Under the pieces are notes generated by a model. That model was given only the letters and a program-made list of their open reading frames with translations. It was not told where the DNA came from and searched no databases. From Takakia lepidozioides (taxonomy: Eukaryota; Plantae; Bryophyta), in assembly GCA_030704615.1 (NCBI GenBank), contig CM060732.1, positions 7,192,001 through 7,256,000 on the forward strand: DNA of 64,000 nt, written 5' to 3'. Made by a program: the position numbers and the translations under genes. Below are positions 57,461 through 64,000 of the stretch, in pieces; the first letter of the stretch is position 1, and every line of letters starts with the position of its first letter.

Positions 57461-58279
57461 AAAGAACTTCAAAACAGTTGTCAAAGATCCATTCTCTTGA
57501 AGAGAGAAAATACGACCCATACACTAATTTCAGAAGATAGCCAGGAAAAGATTCTAGTGGGTAGCTCAGAAAACTCGGACTTTCTCAGCACTTTGTCTCT
57601 TGCATTCTGGACTCGAGCACCTTTCAGGCTTGCGAATTGATTGGGAGTCAATGAATCCTGCTAAATATGCCCATCCAGAGCTTGTGGTTTGGTATGTGGC
57701 TGCACTGGTGCTAATACATTGCACAGTCCTTCTCCATCTAGCATTTCCGCGCTGTCATGGTCACCTTTATCATCATCCTTAGACAAAGAGCGCTTCGCTC
57801 TTGCTTGTTGTGAACCCAAATCCTTCCTTGCAATTTTTGAGATGGGTGAAGGCAACAAGCATTGCTCTAATTTTGAAAAGCCTCTTTTCCTTTCATCTTC
57901 TCTCTTTCTCCCAACGCAGAAGATTCCATTGCCAGCTTTGGTCATGCCCTCATCGTCAAATACAGCTAGCTTCATCATATGTTCATTGGCCTTTTGCTTG
58001 GAGGCCCCTCCCTCCCTCCTGAGCTTGAGCTTTTGCCCTAGCTTGGCAGAATGATCTCTCTTCCTCAGGATTTGAAGGCATGAAGCAATGTTCTTCAGAT
58101 GTCTTCCAGATTGGTGATTGGTGTATGGGGAAGGTATGACAGCCTTGTTGCTAGGCCCAGCATCTATGCGTGGAGCACTTTTTCTTCAAATTAGCACTCT
58201 TTCGAAACCAATCATTGGTGTGAGAGGGAGGTATGACAGCCTCCTTGCTAGGCTCAGCATCTACGAGGACCCTCCACCT

Positions 58280-58462
58280 GTGGTTGTTAGTCTGGAGGTC
58301 GCAGCCAGACTTGCTGTACACTTTGACAGCAAACTGCGAGTTTGAAATGAGGGTGAACAGAATGTGATCTTTTTTTTTGATGCTATGGTAGTCCAAAAAT
58401 TCCCCAAAACCTGTCCTGAAGCCCAATCCTCTGTTGTATCCCAAACGAAGCTCCCAGACATA
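58280..58462 (-). pseudogene. B3 DNA-binding domain fragment (REM-like)
   Basis: WELRL....GLGFRTGFGEFLDYHSIKKKDHILFTLISNSQFAVKVYSKSGC matches the C-terminal half of a B3 domain. Confidence 0.65.
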
Positions 58463-58469
58463 GATCACG

Positions 58470-58660
58470 CATCAATGGGGGAAGAACACCAGCCTCAATG
58501 AACAGGTTGCCATTGGTATCAAGCGTTGACAGATTGCGAAGCACGTTAAGTGCTGCTGCCCGTGCCGGTGGGCTGCTGCTCCCAGCATCTCTACGGAAAC
58601 ACAGTTGCTGCTGTCTCTGCAGCTCGCTTGTTGCCTTTGACAGTGGAGCCACAGCATCTC
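58470..58660 (-). pseudogene. Armadillo-repeat protein 5' fragment
   Basis: ARAAALNVLRNLSTLDTNGNLFIEAGVLPPL fits the ARM repeat pattern. Preceded by a CT-rich 5'UTR-like tract. Confidence 0.55.
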
Positions 58661-60610
58661 TGCCATTTCAATGCGTACCTCCTTTGGACCTGAAGAGAGG
58701 GAGGGAGAGCGCCAAAGCGCGAAGGAGAAAGAGATGGCGAAAATGAGAAATTGGCGAAATGGCACGGGCAGCTGCCCGAAATCGGTGCGTCGGTTTAGAT
58801 TTAGCACTGGGGGGTGTTACTGGGGTAACTGCTAAAAGTAGCCATAAACTACGAAGGATTAGTTAAGATTAGATAGCAGTAGTTAGAGCTAAAATTTGTA
58901 AAGCCGGGCAGTGCGGCCGGATTTTTCAAGCTAGCAGTAGTTAACACTGACCTAACATCCGTTAGCAGCCCGGTGCGGCCGGGGCCTTATACTAACAGCA
59001 GGATAGAAACAGCACCGTCGGATCAGGAGTGTAGCATGGCGGCGGGTAGTATCTGCAGACTGCTGCATATTCCTATCTTGTAAGTAAGGTAGGTGGTGAT
59101 TGATCCGACATGGTGCGTTGTGCGTTCGTGCTGTTCCGGGAAGGAAGCTCTGGAGAAGGTTTCACCATCCTACCTCCCTCTTGACTTTTCTACCAAATCT
59201 TTGCCCCACCCCCCCCCCACCTTCCCCCCGCCCAATTCAGAACACGGATGACCGTAAGTGGCCAATCATCACCACCATCTCTACAATAAATTGGGGAGTT
59301 TAGGGGTGAGTAACTTGATAGAAAGGTTTCAAATTAGGTAATTCTGGACACGATGGAACGGAAGATGAAGCGTTGAATTGGTGAGAAACAGCATATAGGT
59401 GAAACCCATTCTCCACATCAATCCTGATTTAGTGCGTGCGCACATATAGGTAGAAACACTCCATGCGTGCTTCACCGAAGGTTGCTGGGAAGCTTCGGAA
59501 GCTTCCCCACCTATGAGCTGAAGCTAAGAAGCTCCCTCGTGACTTTCCTGCATACTTAGCCTTGTGGCTTGCATCCAGGACCCGAGACCCGACCCGAACT
59601 TCAGACAAGGACAAGAAGTCTATTTTTTTTGTGTATTTCTGTGGCTCACGGAAGTGTTTGTTACATGACATCAACCCACGTGAAGCCGTGTGTTCCACTT
59701 AGCTTGATTTCCACTGGATTTGGGGTCCACATAGAGTGAAGCAGCTTCTAGTGCTTCTAGCCAAATGGGCGTTCTCTCGTCCCTCGTCCCTGAAATGGGA
59801 TCTAGAATCTAAATGTGAAGCATATTTCCGCGGGTCAACAAGCTGGGTAGCCTTCAGAGCCGTCAGATTGTCGCTTCAATAGAGATGAGTATGTCCCCTT
59901 TTGCCAAACAGAAAAGGGAAGAAGAAGAAGAAGAAGAAGAGAAAAAAAAACGACAAGGAATGATGCTATGATTTCCCTTTGCCCACGCAAACCCATGCTT
60001 CCTTCCGGAGCCTACCGTTCATGGGCTCCTTCTGTTCCTCTGAAACTCGTGTGATGGATGCCTCTAGAAATCCATTGTTCTTGTACAGCATCACGGCGGG
60101 CCTTCCACTGCACTTTCCTTCCCGCACTCTCCCGGCTCATGACATTGTTTCTGAAGTAGAGTGGCAGTAACGTTATCCATTGCGGGTAACCCACAAGTGG
60201 TAATGGCGACTGGTTCGCTCATCTCATGTCATAATTCCGAAGCCCAACTGAATCTTGGTGAAAGCCCATCGCAGTTTGTTGTGACAAACACGACTTCACA
60301 TTATATGACAGTCTCCATCACTGCATGCTGTTTGAGACCGTTAGAGAGGGGATCCCTCAATTCTACGTGTGATATAGCGATGCGTTTGCAATGACCTGTG
60401 CAAGCCAACAAACAAGTACTCCGTATCTTATGGCGCACAACACTAAGCAACAGCCCAAGTTATGTAAAACAAAGCCCCAGTGGGCCCATTAAGTTGCTTC
60501 ACAAAGTTCAAACAGGCTTTTGGCACATGGACATACAGTTCCTTCACGCAAAAGTATTTTTTCTTAAAAATGGTGGGTCCCTTTTTTGGGAAACACCTGG
60601 GAGCGACAGC

Positions 60611-60848
60611 TCACAAATCAGGCCCTTGAATTAGTGCATGGGGCACTGCCCAAGGGAACTGGGGGAGAAGAACATACCACACCCGACAATGTAGCAGAAT
60701 TTGACCCCCGAATCATTTGAGTGGTCACAAATCAGGCCCTTGAATTAGTGAGGCTTGCTTCATGGGGCACTGCCCAAGGGAACTGGGGGAGAAGAACATA
60801 CCACACCCGTCAATGTAGCAGAATTTGACCCCAGAATCATTTGAGTGG
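60611..60848 (+). repeat. Tandem duplication, 2 copies of ~115-124 bp
   Basis: TCACAAATCAGGCCCTTGAATTAGTG...GAATCATTTGAGTGG occurs twice. Confidence 0.9.
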
Positions 60849-61144
60849 CACTTAGTGGACTACTGATGACCGGTGATAACGTGTCTTGTTTTGTGGGCTT
60901 TTTCCGGTGAAGAAACGGACAATTGAATAGACAAGATTCTCATCCTTGAACTCGGTCTGAGGGAAAATTTTAGTAATGCAATGTTGGATAACAGAGTGGA
61001 GATTTGACTTCAATAAACCCCGCCCCCGGGAGTAAAGTTACACAAAGAGAATGGTGAGCAATAACGAAAGAGCCTGCAGGGAGTAAAAGTGCAGTGGTGC
61101 AGGGGCTGACCGTAGGTATGCCTGGGAGGTAACTTATTAGCCTG

Positions 61145-61616
61145 GGCTCAGAATTTTGTGTGGCCGTTATGATATGAGGCTGGTCAGACGACCGTCAGGC
61201 CGTCTCATTAATATAGGAGCAAACTACCTTCATGCGTCAAGGACTTAGAATTTTTTTGGCATATGAATTTTACAACTACCTCCATGCAGGTAGTTTTAGG
61301 ATTTTCTACATGAAGGTAGTTGCAAAACCAAGCTGAATTACCTGCATGAGGATTAGTTGCATACCACCTCCGAGGAGGTAGTTTCAGTAAGCGCCAACCT
61401 CCGGGACTACGTTTAAGGAGTGGAACCTTAGACCTGTATCGCCGCATCGCCATCGACCTACCACCAGACCACAACCACAGCCATATCAAGACTATTACGT
61501 TTTTTCCATATATAAGAGAAACAGGGGGTCCTTTTAATGTAGCGGGGCCGCTGTCAGGTCCTGTCCCTCTGCACCCTGCGGCCTCATTACGACGAGGCCA
61601 CACAAAATTCTGAGGC
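61145..61616. mobile_element. MULE-type MITE (472 bp)
   Basis: TIR CTCAGAATTTTGTGTGGCC / GGCCACACAAAATTCTGAG. 9-bp TSD ATTAGCCTG at 61136-61144 and 61617-61625. Confidence 0.88.
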
Positions 61617-62383
61617 ATTAGCCTGGAGGTGTCCTTTCTATGAATACTGCCTCAAAGAGGGTGTCACTTGTCTCCTGGTGTCAGTGTGTTTGCTATTTAA
61701 AAGGACACCAGTCGATCTGCATCAGACTCGGTGAATTGGGGAAGGAGTGTGGTGGGTCTGAAGGAGAGTCGTCGGTGGGCTTGTTCGAGTGTGGTGGGTC
61801 TGCCTGATGCCACACTGCTGCAATAGTCTGAGTATTTACAGTCTGGTGGCTTGTCACTTTGCGGTGCACTGATCAGTGAGCTCGGTCTGGTGTTTGATTC
61901 GCGGGTTTGTTACAACGCTGAGTCTCTGCTACTTAGTACCTTGTTCACTTGATCCTCACTGGATCAAATGTTTGTGGAAGGGGAGTGAGAAGTAAGAAGG
62001 GCTCCGTATTGAATCTATAAGCTTGCGCCACCTATTATCTTGTACATAGGAGGGAGTAAGAAGGACAGGGACAGAGAAATTTGATTACCTGTTTTTGTAA
62101 ACTCAGAGCCTGACTGAGGTGATTTTGCCAAGGAGACTTGTAAGTTAAAGCTTTGAACAACGATTTGGCAAGGATTTCTCACTTGTGTCTGAGTGTATGT
62201 GAGGATAGTGCTATGCTGTGAAGGCTAGTTATATAAATTTCCTTTTCCTTCTCTATCTCAGTGCCTGCTCAACGTTATAACGATGTAAAGTTACCTTGCA
62301 AGAAGCCTTGAAATGCCGTGAAAGTCGAGTTTCCGAGGATTGAAGTGAAGTCGGTGGATTTTGTGTGCGCAAAAGTGCTACAG

Positions 62384-63309
62384 ATGGGGACCTTCGCCGG
62401 ACACATATTACCTGGGGCTGGCATATGGCATCTGTTCAACACTCTTGGAAGCTTTGTGCGGATGCCATGGGATTTTCAGGCAAGGACATGGTTTCCTGTG
62501 AAAGGGAGTCGCAAGCTAAGACATCTGGAGCTGTATTTTATCATTGATGGCTCCTTGCTCTCGATTGCCGCCGAGCTCTTCATATGCCCCAGGAGGCATC
62601 AGCCCTTTGCAGACGACTGGTCAATCCCGGAAGAACACCTCAATAACTTCGAGCACTCAACGATATCTCTCTTCCTCCTTATCTATGCCTTGGGAGCACT
62701 GGGTGCAGACGTTTTTGAGGTCCACGTGCCCCAGGGGTGGTTGCAGGCCATGGCAACCATGGCACTGAGCCAAGAGCCGATGCTTTTCCATTTCCACTCT
62801 GCAGATCACATGGGCCTTGAAGGTCACTACCACTGGCTCCTACAACTACCCATCGCAGTGGGCATTCTCGCAATGCTTGTGGAGATTGTAACGTCACAAT
62901 CGGCAGTGGTGACTCTCATCCGTAGCATGGCAATATTTCTCCAAGGAACATGGTTTATCCAAATGGGTTACATTCTGTGGACGCCATCGCTGCTTCCCAA
63001 GGGCTGTTCCGTAGTGGAGGAGGATGACCATGAAGTTGTTCGATGTGCTGACAAGCATGCTCTCAGGCGGGCAAACGCACTGGCCAATCTTCAGTTCAGC
63101 TGGCACCTCGCAATATTCTTGTTCTCACCGTGGCCCTTTATATGATCCTTCTGGCCCTGCGCAAGAACCCATCATATCGCCGTATAGGTGCAAATGATTC
63201 ATCTGTCATAAAGGATGCGGATGTGCTTGGCCACCAAAGGTCTCCCACAGGCTCCCAAGCTTCCATAGAGATGGAAGGTTTTGCGGTCGACCTTGACCTT
63301 GGGAGATAA
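62384..63309 (+). CDS. DUF716/TMEM45 family membrane protein (plant viral-response family), frameshift near the C-terminus
   Basis: MGTFAGHILPG, HLNNFEH, FHFHSADHMGLEGHYHWLLQ, QGTWFIQMG, LANLQFSW. The frame changes near 63118, and the shifted frame continues to ...DLDLGR* at 63309. Confidence 0.88.
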
Positions 63310-64000
63310 AAGAATTTCTGAATCATAAGGTCTTTACACAAGTGTCCTAGAAAAGCAGCTCAGAAGTGGGGCTGCAGAGCTGTGCACACAACGAACTGCC
63401 TTCCCACATGAAGAAGAAAGACACTAGCTGGGTACAAGTGCATCATCATGTTCTGTTTGAACATCACAGTCTGATTACCTTGCAGGGTTGGAGGCTGATT
63501 TGTTTCTTGCAAGGCACATGTATTCGTCACATGTGTGTCAACACCCCAAGAGACGATGGATCTCCACAACATTAATTGGTTCAAAAAGATCCACGGAGAG
63601 ATGATGCGTCTTGATTTTGCAATCACGAGCACTAGAATCTGATGTCTGAGGGCATTGTTGCAAGCTTAGAACCATTTACTCGTGGCATGGCGAAATGCCC
63701 TTGTTCAACATTGTTAAGTATTGTGTAGAGAGCAGGCCATTCTACTTCTTAGGATGTCGATGTCTGGATGAAGAGTTCTTGTATAATTTGAACAGCTTTT
63801 TTATGAGAATGTTTGCACTTCTGAGTGTCGATTGTGGCTAAGCGATATACAGTTTTAGACAACTTTGCTCAATTCTTGCTTGGATTTTTGTTGACACCCA
63901 CTGTACCTCCAAACTTGTGGCTTGATAAATACACAGAAGAAGGGTGTGGAAATTGTCACAAGGAGGTTTTGTCAAATTTCCATGTGGAAAAGAATGAAAA

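Larger units (their letters stand above)
53053..58986. mobile_element. Non-autonomous PIF/Harbinger-type element carrying host gene fragments (Pack-type), 5.9 kb
   Basis: TIR GGCCCCGGCCACAC ... GTGCGGCCGGGGCC. TTA on both flanks (53050-53052 and 58987-58989). Subterminal CTGCTAAC/GTTAGCAG repeats at both ends. Confidence 0.85.

Noticed and set aside
59460-59750. GGAAGCTTCGGAAGCTTCC palindromes as a possible MITE
   Set aside because: No convincing TIR pair or TSD could be defined.

Overview
Repeat-dense land-plant nuclear DNA (spliceosomal introns, PPR, B3 and DUF716 sequences); the species cannot be determined. Positions 1-52085 are a nest of transposons. A decayed Ty3/Gypsy LTR retrotransposon (about 5225-30950) is interrupted by large Mutator-like (MULE) DNA transposons. 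Two of these (7609-10376 and 10442-24753) have exact 9-bp TSDs and sit 65 bp apart in the integrase. The large MULEs fall into at least three subfamilies (E2 10442-24753, E3 33499-~43990, E4 ~43997-52085, plus E0, E1 and E5 pieces) with one shared design. A spliced GCM/WRKY-like + DDE + SWIM transposase is transcribed divergently from a multi-exon accessory gene. In E2 and E3 that gene encodes a ParB/Srx-like domain (WDGNHRL) fused to a beta-class amino-DNA-methyltransferase-like domain; E4 retains only the ParB part. Each subfamily carries dozens of copies of its own 22-28 bp palindrome, in arrays whose measured periods (32, 53, 74-75, 85, 95, 116 bp) are close to whole helical turns. This transposon-borne ParB-MTase plus cognate palindrome-array module is the candidate undescribed system; its function (parS-like loading, self-marking or anti-silencing) is inference. 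The last 12 kb hold a 5.9-kb Pack-type PIF/Harbinger element carrying PPR, B3 and ARM gene fragments, two MULE-type MITEs and a frameshifted DUF716/TMEM45 gene.
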